Source: Antedon mediterranea
Lineage: Eukaryota > Animalia > Echinodermata
Length of the DNA: 64,000 nucleotides
Reading direction: 5' to 3'
NCBI RefSeq assembly: GCF_964355755.1
Contig: NC_092673.1
Coordinates: forward strand, 26,843,648 to 26,907,647
Shown: positions 50,951 to 63,187 of the stretch, one piece after another
How positions within the stretch are numbered: the stretch's first letter is position 1
Layout of the letters: every line of letters starts with the position of its first letter
The notes under the pieces: model-generated
What the model saw: the letters and a program-made list of their open reading frames with translations, nothing else
The model's database searches: none
Told to the model about the DNA's origin: nothing
Made by a program: the position numbers and the translations under genes

Positions 50951-52350
50951 TCCAGACAAAGAAGGGGGCGTAAGACCATCCACAGACAAAGAAGGGGTTA
51001 TAAGACCATCCACATACAAAGAAGAGGGTATAAGACCACCCACAGACAAAAAAGGGGGTGTAAGACCATCCACAGACAAAGAAGGGGGTGTAAGACCATC
51101 CACACACAAAGAAGGAGGTATAAGACCATCCACAGACAAAGAAAGGGGTGTAAGGCCATCTACAGACAAAGAAGGGGATGTAGGACCGTCCACAGACAAA
51201 GAAGGGGGTATAAGACCATCCACTGACAAAAAAAGGGGTATAGGACCATCCACAGACAAAGAAGGGGGCGTAGGACCGTCCACAGACAAAGGAGGGGGTG
51301 CAAGATCATCCACTGACAAAGAAAGGGGTATAGGACCACTTACAGACAAAGAAGAGGGTATAAAACCATCCACAGACAAATAAGGGGTAGTAGGACCATC
51401 CACAGACAAAGAAGGGGGTGTAGGACCATCCACAGACAAAGAAGGGGAGAAGACAATCCACAGACAAAGAAGGGGATATAAGACCATCCACAGACAAAGA
51501 AGAGGGTATAAGACCGCCCACAGACAAAGAAGGGGTGTAAGACCATCCACAGACAAAGAAGGGGGTGTAAGACCATCCACACACAAAGAAGGAGGTATAA
51601 GACTATCCACAGACAAAGAAAGGGGTGTAAGGCCATCTACAGACAAAGAAGGGGATGTAGGACCGTCCACAGACAAAGAAGGGGGTATAAGACCATCCAC
51701 TGAAAAAAAAAGGGGTATAGGACCATCCACAGACAAAGAAGGGGCGTAGGACCGTCCACAGACAAAGAAGGGGATGCAAGACCATCCACTGACAAAGAAA
51801 GGGGTATAGGACCACTTACAGACAAAGAAGAGGGTATAAAACCATCCACAGACAAATAAGGGGTGTAGGACCATCCACAGACAAAGAAGGGGGTGTAGGA
51901 CCATCCACAGACAAAGAAGGGGAGAAGACAATCCACAGACAAAGAAGGGGATATAAGACCATCCACAGACAAAGAAGGGGGTATAAGACCATCCACAGAC
52001 AAAGAAGGGGTGTAAGACCATCCACAGACAAATTAAAGGAGTGCAAGACCATCCATACACAAAGAAAGGGGGTGTATAAGACCATCCACATACAAAAAAG
52101 GGGTGTAATACCATCAACGGACAAAGAAAGGGGTATAATACCATCAACAGAAAAAGAAGGGGGTATAAGATCACCCACAGGCACAGAAGGGGGTATAAGA
52201 CCGTCCACAGAAAAATAAAGGGGTGTAAGACCATTCGCAGACAAAGAAGGGGGTGTAGAACCGTCCACAGACAAAGAAGGGGGTGTAAGACCATCCACCA
52301 CTGACAAAGAAAGGGGTATAGGACCACTTACAGACAAAGAAGGGGTAAGA
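50951..52350 (+). repeat. 30-bp minisatellite array (ccatccacagacaaagaagggggtgtaaga), ~46-47 units
   Basis: Directly visible; includes a ~477-bp higher-order duplication (51061.. vs 51538..). Confidence 0.95.
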
Positions 52351-52351
52351 C

Positions 52352-53645
52352 TGTCTGTGGATGGTCCTACACCACCTTCTTTGTCTGTGGATGGTCTTAT
52401 ACCCCTTCTTTGTCTGTGGAGGGTCCTACGCCCCCTTCTTTGTCTGTAAGTGGTTCTATACCCCCTTCTTTGTCAGTGAATGGTCTTACACCCCCTTCTT
52501 TGTCTGTGGAGGGTCCTACTCCCCCTTCTTTGTCTGTGGATGGTCTTACACCCCTTCTTTGTCTGTGGATGGTCTTATACCCCCTTCTTTGTGTGTGGAT
52601 GGTCTTACACCCCCTTTTTTGTCTGTGGATGGTCTTACACCCCCTTCTTTGTCTGTGGATGGTCTTATACCCCCTTCTTTGTCTGTAAGTGGTCCTATAC
52701 CCCCTTCTTTGTCAGTGGATGGTCTTACACTCCCTTCTTTGTCTGTGGAGGGTCCTACACCCCCTTCTTTGTCTGTAGATGGCCTTACACCCCTTTCTTT
52801 GTCTGTGGATGGTCTTATACCCCCTTCTTTGTGTGTGGATGGTCTTACACCCCCTTTGTCTGTGGATGGTCTTAACACCCCTTCTTTGTCTGTGGATGGT
52901 CTTATACCCCCTTCTTTGTCTGTAAGTGGTCCTATACCCCCTTCTTTGTCAGTGGATGGTCTTACACCCCCTTCTTTGTCTGTGGAGGGTCCTACGCCCC
53001 CTTCTTTGTCTGTGGATGTTCTTACACCCCCTTCTTTGTCTGTGGATGGTCTTACACCCCCTTTTTTGTCTGTGGATGGTCCTACACCCCCTTCTTTGTC
53101 TGTAGATGGCCTTCCCCTTTCTTTGTCTGTGGATGGTCTTATACCCCCTTCTTTGTGTGTGGATGGTCTTACACCCCCTTCTTTGTCTGTGGATGGTCTT
53201 ATACCTTCTTCTTTGTCTGTGGATGGTCTTATACCCCCTTCTTTGTCTGTGGATGGTCTTATACCCCCTTCTTTGTCTGTAAGTGGTCCTATACCCCCTT
53301 CTTTGTCAGTGGATGGTCTTACACCCCCTTCTTTGTCTGTGGAGGGTCCTACGCCCCCTTCTTTGTCTGTGGATGGTCTTACACCCCCTTCTTTGTCTGT
53401 GGATGGTCTTACACCCCCTTCTTTGTCTGTGGATGGTCCTACACCCCCTTCTTTGTCTGTAGATGGCCTTCCCCTTTCTTTGTCTGTGGATGGTCTTATA
53501 CCCCATTCTTTGTGTGTGGATGGTCTTACACCCCCTTCTTTGTCTGTGGATGGTCTTTAACCCCCTTCTTTGTCTGTGGATGGTCTTATACCCCCTTCTT
53601 TGTCTGTGGATGGTCTTATACCCCCTTCTTTGTCTGTGGATGGTC
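52352..53645 (-). repeat. Same 30-bp minisatellite in opposite orientation, ~43 units
   Basis: tcttacacccccttctttgtctgtggatgg repeats; orientation switches at ~52351 with no spacer. Confidence 0.95.
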
Positions 53646-54035
53646 TGGACCCACTACTTTGATTGATTAAATCAGACATTGTTTCTTGTATGATTAAGAG
53701 ACCAAGACTTTCAAAGTGAAAATCCACAGGTGGATGCCTAAAAAGGTCTTGTACAGAACAGTATATTGTAGGTCCATGTCACTAATTTGAGGATTACTTG
53801 AATAATTATATTGAGATGTCTTTTACGAATTGAATTGGTTCGGATTTTGCTAAAAAATCAATGACTAGAGAAAATCGAGGAAAAGGATTCAGATGGTTTC
53901 ACGCAAAGGCTCATTACCATAAAAATTGAGTACATTTGTTTAGATGCAACGAAAATGATCAAGAATTATCTGAGTTTCTGACTAATGAAAGTAGGTCTAC
54001 TGTAGTAAGTACTTTGAAAGACGGTGTTCTCTTAA

Positions 54036-57000
54036 CTTTCATTTCATTTCATTTCATTATTTATTTGGTCTATTTAACTATATACAAAACAAAAAAAACT
54101 GAAATTGGGGAGACCAGGGTCAACCTAAGTGAACTTAATCACTGTAGCTGAGCCGGTTGACCCAACCCCAAAGTCAGTTTACACATAAAAGACACAAAGA
54201 CAAAAAACAGTTACAGCGAATCAAAATGAATATAAACTTTTCTAATGAAGGGCTTTCTAGGACTGCAGCATCTGTCAACGGTCTGGGAAGCTGGTCCCAG
54301 ACACGGGGTAACCTGATTGCTATAGAATGAAAAAAAAAAGCCTGTGTCCTTGATGCTTGATGTCTGAAGCACAAGCGATCATTGTGGCGAGTATTTATTA
54401 AAATACAGTCATGAACTGTGCTGCAGTCCAGAAACCCCACCAGAACCTTAAAACAAATATAATAAGAAATTTATCTCTTCTAACAGACAAAGATGAAACT
54501 GAAAGCAAATTTAACCTCTCCTCATAGCACATCTGTCCACGATGCTGTTTGAGAGCAAGACGAGTTGCTCTCCTATGGACCCCCTCAAGCTGATCTGACA
54601 AAGACTTCGTCCATGGAAACCAAGCAGGTTGCGCATACTCTAGACCGGGCAAAACAAGACTTTTGTACAAAGACAAAAATGCACTGGTCGAAGCATGTCC
54701 AGTCACACTCCAAACAAAGCCCAACATACGTTTAGCTTTGGAAACAATGACATGCACATGGTCATCCCAGGTCAATTTTGAGTTAAAAGTAACACCAAGA
54801 TATTTAAAAGATGTCACCGGACTAATATGAGAGCCAAACAAAAGGTATTTAGACAACTGTCTGTTACGCGAACGTGTGACATGCAGGATATTCGTCTTCA
54901 TAACATTGAAAGGCATGCGATTTGCTTGGCTCCACAGACCAAGTCGGTCAAGATCAGCTTGAAGGTTTAGAGAATCCTGAGGAGAGTTAATTGCATTATA
55001 AATAAGAGTATCGTCAGCAAAAATAGCAGTTTTACATTTAAGTGAACAAATAATATCGTTAATAAAAAAGTTAAAAAGAATGGGACCAAGTACACTAACT
55101 TGAGGTACCCCACTGGTTACCTCCACCCAGTTAGATGAAGACCCTTTAAATTGAACCTTTTGGTATCTTTCAATTAAAAAAGACTTTAACCAGTACCATA
55201 TATCACCAGTAATGTTAAATTGCTGGCAAAGCTTATTGAGGAGAATGTCATGAGGCATCCGGTCAAAGGCCTTCGAGATATCTAAAAAAATGGCATCAAT
55301 ATGGGGTGGAGATCTTTTATCTAAAATAGAGGACCCAGGCCCGTAGCCAGGGGGGGGGGGGGGTTATGGTTTGAGCGAACCCCCCCTTTAATAATAATAA
55401 TAATAAATAACATTTATAAAGCGCAAGAGACAAAGGTTTCAAAGCCGACTGCGAACCCCCATCACCGACATGCCCAATACCTCACCCTCATCTCCGAAAA
55501 TCGTCCAAATACGTGCCCCACAGTACAAAAAGTTGTTCGTAAATTTAAAAATTCGTAAACTCGTTCGGAATAACTCATACAGTACCTTCTTCCCTGTATG
55601 AGCGTACTTCGAGCGATATATAGTCTGTAAAGAGTTGCAAATGAATTGCCGATTTTAACCTGAAAAATAAATGTTTGGTCCCTGCATGTAACATGATATT
55701 GACGCGTCTCACAGCGAGCTAGGGGACGAACGATTCGTACAAAGGACACCGCCAGACAACTGCGTACCAATTGTTTAGATCACTTGCAGTCAGGCAGCAT
55801 GCATAAAGTATATAGCCTTCCGACATACATCAGTATTTATGTGTGGCTATGAAGTATAATGTATCATAGAGGATTATAGTGAATATTAATATTTTACACT
55901 ATAATATCTATGGTATCATGTACTGTAGTTCACATTATGGCATCCGATTATTTTTTTCTAGACCACCAGCCGATACGTACTCAAATGTATCAATATCACC
56001 TATTTACATTGACATATTTAATTTCCTCAACAAATTGCTGTAAATAAATATTATAGATAGAGCTATAATAAGAATTGCATTTGCCTTCACCCAGTGTGCT
56101 TTTTTCGAGGCTTCTCCTCCTAGACGTACGTTCGCATTGAACTTGAACGCAAAACAAAATATCGAGTAAATGATCAAACAATCGGCGGTTCCGCACAGAG
56201 CACGCGCATCTAACATACGGCAACAAATGTTATCGTTTAAATAGTCCACAAGTCCAAGTACGATCGTTTTGCTCATTGGTAGCATGCTGCATGAGAGTGT
56301 CTTTTCCGGCCATCTAGGGGTGTAATTTAACAAAATTTGCTTCGCCTCAGGCCCTTAGTGTGCGAACCCCCCTTTGACAGATCCTGGCTACGGCCCTGGG
56401 ACCAGTCATGGATAATAGTTGCAAGTTGCGTGGCACATGATTTATTAGGTAAAAACCCATGTTGGTTTTCGATAAACAAGCAATTTTCAGTAGCATGTTT
56501 TAGAAGTGCTTGCACCACAAGCCTCTCCAGCAATTTACCGACAACAGATGTTAAAGCCACCGGGCGGTAGTTGTTAAAATCGGCAGTCACTCCTTTCTTA
56601 AAGATAGGGGTGACATATGCCCTCTTCCAACCTTCTGGCACACAACCTGATGAAATAGAAATTTTAAACAACTCGTAAAGAACTGGGGCAAATGTCGGGG
56701 CACAGAGCTGGAGAAGCTTGGGAGACAAGTTGTCTGGGCCTGCAGCCTTGTTTGTTTTAAGTTTCTGCAACATGCTAGTGATTTGTGAAACAGAAAAATA
56801 AACATTAGATAAGGTTGGTAGTGGATATAAACAAGGTAAAGGAGTATCTGGAATATTCTCAGAATAATTAAAAACGGACGAAAAGACATTTTGAAAGCAC
56901 TGAGCGATATCTTCCGGCTTTTTAATTTGTGTTCCATCAAGCATGAAAACACTAGCACAAGAAGATTTACGTTTCATTCTGACATGTCCCCAGAATCTAC

Positions 57001-57240
57001 GTTTGTTGTCAGGAGATGAAAACAACTTATTTACATAATTATAATACGCTCTTTTGGTCTTGTATTTTAAATCATTTCTAATTTGTTTATATTTAGTCCA
57101 AATGTCCATTGATTGAGTCTTCACAAACTTTCTAAACATAGCTCGTTTCTTGTTGGCTAGCCGTAAGATGTCGATCGTAATCCATGGTTTGTTCTTGGAT
57201 TTCTTGCGTATCACCACTGGGACACTGTCTCTAACCGCGG
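54036..57240 (-). mobile_element. 5'-truncated CR1-group LINE, interrupted by a MITE
   Basis: ORFs 56327-57217 (KPWIT...KAAGPD...NYRPVALTS...QHGF) and 54398-55258 (GVPQVSVLGP...FADD...KYLGV) join via IFLDISKAFD once 55336-56398 is removed; (AATGA)n tail at ~54036-54060. Confidence 0.9.
55336..56398. mobile_element. Non-autonomous DNA transposon with 16-bp TIR and 5-bp TSD (hAT5-like)
   Basis: GGACC|CAGGCCCGTAGCCAGG ... CCTGGCTACGGCCCTG|GGACC; removal restores the LINE frame (HDWSSILDK). Confidence 0.88.
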
Positions 57241-59564
57241 CCTCTAGTAGTTAGTTAACTCATGAAAATGAGAACTTTCCGAACGAAAGAATGCTACTTT
57301 ACATCAAAAATATTTCCAAATGGCATCTAACAATTCAATTCAACTTTTATTTCAGACAATTGTCCATATGGTATAATACATTACAAAAAAAAAAGAAAAG
57401 ATGAAGGAGAGAGGACCAAAACTTTTATATAACGATTGACACATCACAGTTTAGCAAACAAGTCGGCATGAGCTCAGTGATTGCTGTTTCTCAGTGATCT
57501 GTCATACTTTACGCCTATCCTATCACATCAAAAGTCAAAAATTCAGAATAATAAATTCCTGGTCATTTTTGCATTAAGTGTCATTTATTTCGGTAAAACA
57601 AATTAGGTGCATGTATACCAATGTAAACCACATACAGTATGTTCACATAATTATATATGTCAAAGGTTATAAATTGTATTTCCAGTCATTTTATGTGAAA
57701 ATGTTTCATTACTACAAATATAAATGTCTCTATTCTGAACAAAATGACACCAAAATCGATTGAAAATGATCAGTAGTTACTGAGATATACAGATAAGAGG
57801 TCAAAGGTAAAACTGGAAGAAACGTCATTTCCGGTCATTTTTTGACGAAACTTTTCATTAGAGCAAATAGAAATATATGGTTTGTGAACAATTTAACACC
57901 AGAATCAAGTCTCTACTGTTTATAGTTGCCAAGATATGAACACTTTTTGTTTTATGGTGGCCATTTTGAAATCAAGATGGCCGCCATACCGGACGTTGGA
58001 CACTTGGCACCCCCCGATATTTTGAATCTATATACATCAAAGAAACTTTGTGGCAAGTTTCGTGCTTTGGTAATAAAGTGCACAACTTGGCTATTTTTAT
58101 GGCCTTAACTGCTCTACTAATAGTAAACAGTGTGTGGTGATCATTATATACATTTGATGAGTCGTGAGTATGTGACTGACAGAAGGAAACTCAAAAAAGT
58201 ACAAATAAAATAGGACAGGACAGGACGAAGGCTGTCGTTTTCGTCAAATACCGATCTCTAGGCGAGGCCTCTTAAGTTGCAGGAAATGTACTCTTGAAGA
58301 TAAGATGTGATGTTTATTATAGATTCTAGACTCACATTAATGTGTTTACATAATAAATGATGTAGGCCTATGTAAATATAATTTTTAAATTATATAATTT
58401 ATTTTCTTATACATGATACGAATCAATCACTCAATCAATCAATAATAATTTATTTCCTTCATTCATAACAAACATTAATATAAAATATGAAGGAGGCACA
58501 TAATTCAAAAAGCAAAGCTTGTGCTGAAAGTGCCAACAGAAAATACATTTTTTTTTGTCTTGTGTGAGTGCATCTCACGTTTATTTAAATTCTCATTGGT
58601 GAATATATTATATACATATACTGTAAGTACATTTGTGACAATTAAAAATAAGTGTTTAAAAGTCTTTAAAATACAATTATTTATAAGAAATTAAAATTGA
58701 ATTTTGGTGTTTGTAGGCCTATATATGCGTTTGTATATTACCGTTTTTACTAATAATTTCAGTCATATGAATTGTATGTTCTGAATTTGTTATGTTTTAA
58801 AACCATACCAGAATAAATAAGGATTATTATTATTATAATTTTGTATTATCATAAGTACTGATATTAATCACCCATGGCTTCTTCCAAATAGCCGTTTCAA
58901 GTGCACTGAAGCGTTACTTACAGAAGAACATTGCAATTTCTGTGTAGGCATGCATGGTTAGTGCAGGGAGTTGTAATATAAATTATTTTACAACTCCCTG
59001 GTTAGTGGTTGGGGACAGAGACCATATCGTGAGAAGCGATTTATTTATAGTAATTGACCGTTTAAAAAAACCATATAATCTGTATTATCCGTGATGCTTC
59101 CTGTGATCGTCTTACTATGAAGAAGGCTACAGTACAGTGAACCAATGCCACTTCCACGTAAGTATGCCAATCATAATAATATTGCAATATTTTGTCAACC
59201 CGCCATCCTGCCTTGGAAATGAGTGATCATGGATAAGTTTGGCACATCGGTTAATTTTGTTGACGCCAACAACTTCAATTATTTTTAATTCAATTTTTAT
59301 TTTATTATTTATTTTCCATTATTATATAACTATATTTTAAAGAGAGGGTAACCATTCCATCTGAACCCGCGGGCCAGTTGATTTCCCGTGGCCCTATTGA
59401 AATGACAACATATCAACTAAACTTAACTATAAATATCTATATACATAAAATGGTCGTCTCAAAGCACAGCGGATTACTTTACTGTTCTTTAAAATTGAAA
59501 ACCTGAAAATACATTTGACATAGCTATTTCACTGTCGTATACTAGGGTATACAGGTATGTAGTT

Positions 59565-61716
59565 CAGGGCCGTAGCCAGGATCTGTCAAGGGGGAGTTTT
59601 TTTGGGTCAACCCCCCCCCCCCCCCCCTCACCCAGCCTGATGCGAAGCGAATTTTCTTAAATGACACCCTAGATGGCCGGAAAAGACACTCTCGTGCAGC
59701 ATGCTATATAACCAATGAGCAAAAAGATCATACTTTTTTCCTCCTCCTCAAACACGTCGATAATTTAAATGACGATAACTATTTGTTGCCGTATGTTAGA
59801 TGCGCGTGCTCTGTGCGGAACCGCCGATTGTTTGATCATTTACTCCGTATTTTGTTTTGCGTTCAAGTTCAATGCGAACGTATATCTAGGAGCAGCCCCG
59901 AAAAAAGCACACTGGGTGAAGGCAAATGCTATTTGCTAGCTCTATCTATAATATTTATTTACAGCAATTTGTTGAGGAATATAAATATGTAAATAGGTGA
60001 TATTGATACATTTTAGTACGTATCGGCTGGTGGTCTAGAAAAAAATAATCGGATGCCATAATGTGAACTACGTCAGTACTTGATACCATAGATATTATAG
60101 TGTAAAATATTAATATTCACTATAATCCTCTATGATACATTATACTTCATAGTCACACATAAATACTGATGTACGTCGAAGGCTATATACTTTAGGGTGT
60201 CACGAAACCTAAGAACACGAAAGCTCAGACCCCCTAAGACCTAAGATCACGAAAGCTAAGACCCAACACCTGAGATCGATTACAAATACTAAGATATACT
60301 ACAGCTTAAAAATAATACTTGTTTATCCATACATAATTTTAAACACAGTAGGTTTAATTTATTACCATAAATATAATTTAATACTACCGCAAAACATAGA
60401 TAAACTCACATTATTTTCGCCCGTTGAGTAAATGTATATTTTTTCTTTACAACAAACAAACTTGACGGGTTGTTTGTTGGTATATATTTACTCCATTGTG
60501 TTGGTTCAGAGGATGTTTTTCTTACGCACCTGCCTTTCTTGTATTTTGACTCCAAATTTGTTGACTAACTTTATCCTGAACACCACACTTTAAAATTAGG
60601 ACTTATAAGTACTTTCAGAAGGAGAAACACATAATAACAAATAAATAAATCCTTTAAATTGATGATTTTACAGATGTGTTTCTTTGTATACTGTAATGTA
60701 ACTCCTCGAGCTCCATGCTCAATGTTTTTGTTTCTATGGAACGCCAAAAGAGCAACAATAATAGTACAAGTATAAAAACAGAAAGAAAACAAAACAAAAA
60801 AACTTATCATGATTTTTAAATTAAAATTTATTTGCCAGTATTTATTTCTTCGTACTTGCATGATTATACTATTATCATTACAATTTTAATTTTACATTGT
60901 TCCATCCACACTGTAGATGGACTCCACAGAGTTTTCAGCCCTCTATATAATGTTTGCTCTTTTGACGTTCCATAGAAACAAAAACATTGAACATGGGGTA
61001 GGCCTACTGTACTGGGTCCACCCTGTAAGGTAGGCTAGTCATTTTGTGTGCGAGAAAAACGTCTGTAAAATCATCAATTTAAAAATGTATTTGTTACTTT
61101 TTATGTGATTCTTTTTCATGAAAGTGCCAATTCTAAGGTGTGGTATTCAGAATAAATGTTTGGAGTTAAAATACAAGGCAGGTGCGAAAGATAAATATTT
61201 GTAATCTTAGTGTTGGGTCTTAGCTTTCGTGATCTTAGGTCTCAGGGGGTCTTAGCTTTCGTGGTCTTAGGTTTCGTGACACCCATATACTTTATGCATG
61301 CTGCCTGACTGCCAGTGATCTAAACAATTATAGGTACGCAGTTGTCTGGCGGTGTCCTTTGTACGAATCGTTCGTACGCCAGCTCGCTATGAGACGCGTC
61401 AATATCATGTTACATGCAGGGACCAAACATTTATTTTTCAGGTTAAAATCGGCAATTCATTTGCAGCTTTTAGAAATTTACAGACACGTATCACTAGTTG
61501 ACGCTCATATAGAGAAGAAGGTTCACGAACAAGTTTACGAATTTTTCAATTTACAAACAACTTTTTGTACTGTGGGGCACGTATTTGGAGGATTTTTAGA
61601 GATGAGGGTGAGGTATTGGGCATGTCGGGGATGGGGGTTCGCAGTTGGTTAAGGGGGGTTCGCTGTAAAGGGGGGGTTCGCCCGAACCATAAAAACCCCC
61701 CCTGGCTACGGGCCTG
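59565..61716. mobile_element. Second copy of the 5-bp-TSD element, opposite orientation, with nested insertion
   Basis: TAGTT|CAGGGCCGTAGCCAGG ... CCTGGCTACGGGCCTG|TAGTT; the body is the reverse complement of 55336-56398. Confidence 0.88.
60195..61284. mobile_element. MULE/Mutator-like MITE nested in the 59565-61716 element
   Basis: 10-bp TSD ATATACTTTA; ~75-bp TIR starting GGGTGTCACGAAACCTAAG built of short repeats; internal inverted blocks (~60520-60750 vs ~60960-61190). Confidence 0.85.
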
Positions 61717-62236
61717 TAGTTGCTGTCTGCTAAATTAATCGTGGATTAGCGTTATCCCTCTCCTGCTAGGGTTATTAACGCCACTAGCGTGACGTAACAG
61801 CGCCCTAACGCTAATCCGCTGCCTGGTTCAGACACAAAAATATGTACGCCGCTTACATAACGCCACCTTAACCCTCAACGCCACCTTAACCCTCTCCCCC
61901 CCCCAATGAGTCTACCAATATCACTCATCATCTTCTTCCATAGGGTCACTAAGGAGGGAACCGTATAAAGTCCATAATCCGAGAAGAAGTTTCTGCACCC
62001 GTAAATAGTATTAGAACCTAATCTGTGCCGATTTTATGGTTGACTCGCTAAGGACCTATGTCTAGGTATTTGTGATAATCTTCAATTAATAGTGTGCACT
62101 GGAACATGCAGTTGCACGTGAGTAATATATAATGCCCCGGATGTCCAATCGAATACAATTATATTGACCACCAAAACATAGTGACTTTATCGATAACAAT
62201 TGTACAACTTAAATCTATTTTATTTTTACTATAGCC

Positions 62237-62645
62237 TGATGTCATATTATTTATGTTGAGATTCTCTGTGTTTAGAGAAGGATGCTTTAGACCAGGTCCG
62301 CCTTATATTATTAGCCAATCAAAATCGTATAATTTTTGGAGGGAAAATGTTATCCTCCTCTGAAGCCTAAAATTTGCGCATGTCCAGTATAAAAGTGGAA
62401 TGTAATAGATATTAAAAAGAAGAGAGAATAAGATCAGAGTAGATAAACGGAAAGATGATAAAGAAAATATTAAGGCTTGACTGGTTGTGGTAGAAAGATG
62501 TATTAATCGAATTACAAGGAATAAAAGTTCTAGTTGAGTTAAATATACTTTTTGTATGAGTTATCATTCAGTGACAGCTGTGTACGTCGCGTGGAAATAT
62601 ATACGCCTGAGAAAGCTCGGAACCAACTAAAATATATTCACTACA
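62237..62645 (+). mobile_element. 5' LTR of a Gypsy LTR retrotransposon (left boundary approximate)
   Basis: Ends ...CACTACA, immediately followed by the PBS TGGTGGCAGCGG (62646-62657); TATAAAA at ~62388 and AATAAA at ~62520. Confidence 0.65.
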
Positions 62646-63187
62646 TGGTGGCAGCGGTGAAAATTTTTGTTTAAGATACATGATTTAAGTATCAAGAAGA
62701 AGAAGAAGAAGTGACAGTGCCTACTCTACGGGCCTGTTAAATCAGTAACCAAAAAGTTAAATGGTTACGAAGATCTGGATTCCTGACAGTTTTTATACCG
62801 TGCGTTGTTTGGATATTACAACGAAGAAGAAGTACTGTTGAGCTCAAGGCTGCTGGATATTCATCGGAGATATATATTCACCGAGATCTGAAAGAAGAAA
62901 ACTGAAGTCTGAAGTAACAGAAGGAAGCCCAGTAAATTTTGAGAAGATTTGCAAAGCTGACTTTGTAAACTATTTTTTATTTCGAAAGTAAATTTTTGTA
63001 CGGAGCGAACTTGGAACTTTGTTTGTGACTTTGAAGTAAATTAATGTCTTATATTGTATTGCATTTAAAAATTTATGTGGATTTCATATTTTTACATATC
63101 TGAATGGAATCAAGGTAATACAAATACTTTTATAACATATTTTGTATACATAAGTTTACATATTTCATTAGTAAAATTGTTATTAGC

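Larger units (their letters stand above)
50002..58119. mobile_element. Large foldback-type non-autonomous DNA transposon (TAG...CTA termini, possibly Academ-like) with an internal inverted minisatellite and nested LINE
   Basis: Arm 50002-50642 is inverted at 57433-58119; arm 50645-50955 is inverted at 53643-53956; termini TAGTAGAGCAGTTAA / TTAACTGCTCTACTA. No clean TSD seen (tta vs ata), so the superfamily is tentative. Confidence 0.8.

Noticed and set aside
50951-53645. CRISPR-like appearance of ~30-bp repeats
   Set aside because: Units are contiguous with no unique spacers, there are no cas genes, and the context is eukaryotic.
50873-53670. Long ORFs (465 aa, 399 aa and others) on both strands
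   Set aside because: Translations of a 30-bp (multiple of 3) minisatellite; frequent 1-bp indels shift frames, and there is no gene context.
48893-58108. ORFs containing GGHFEIKMAAIPD (48893-49222, 57926-58108)
   Set aside because: Translations of the foldback arm's AAGATGGCCGCC motifs; non-coding TIR sequence.
55462-61652. Paired similar ORFs (55462/61359 and 55996/59783) suggesting a small gene family
   Set aside because: They are two copies of one non-coding MITE; starts are TTG/GTG and frames are not conserved.
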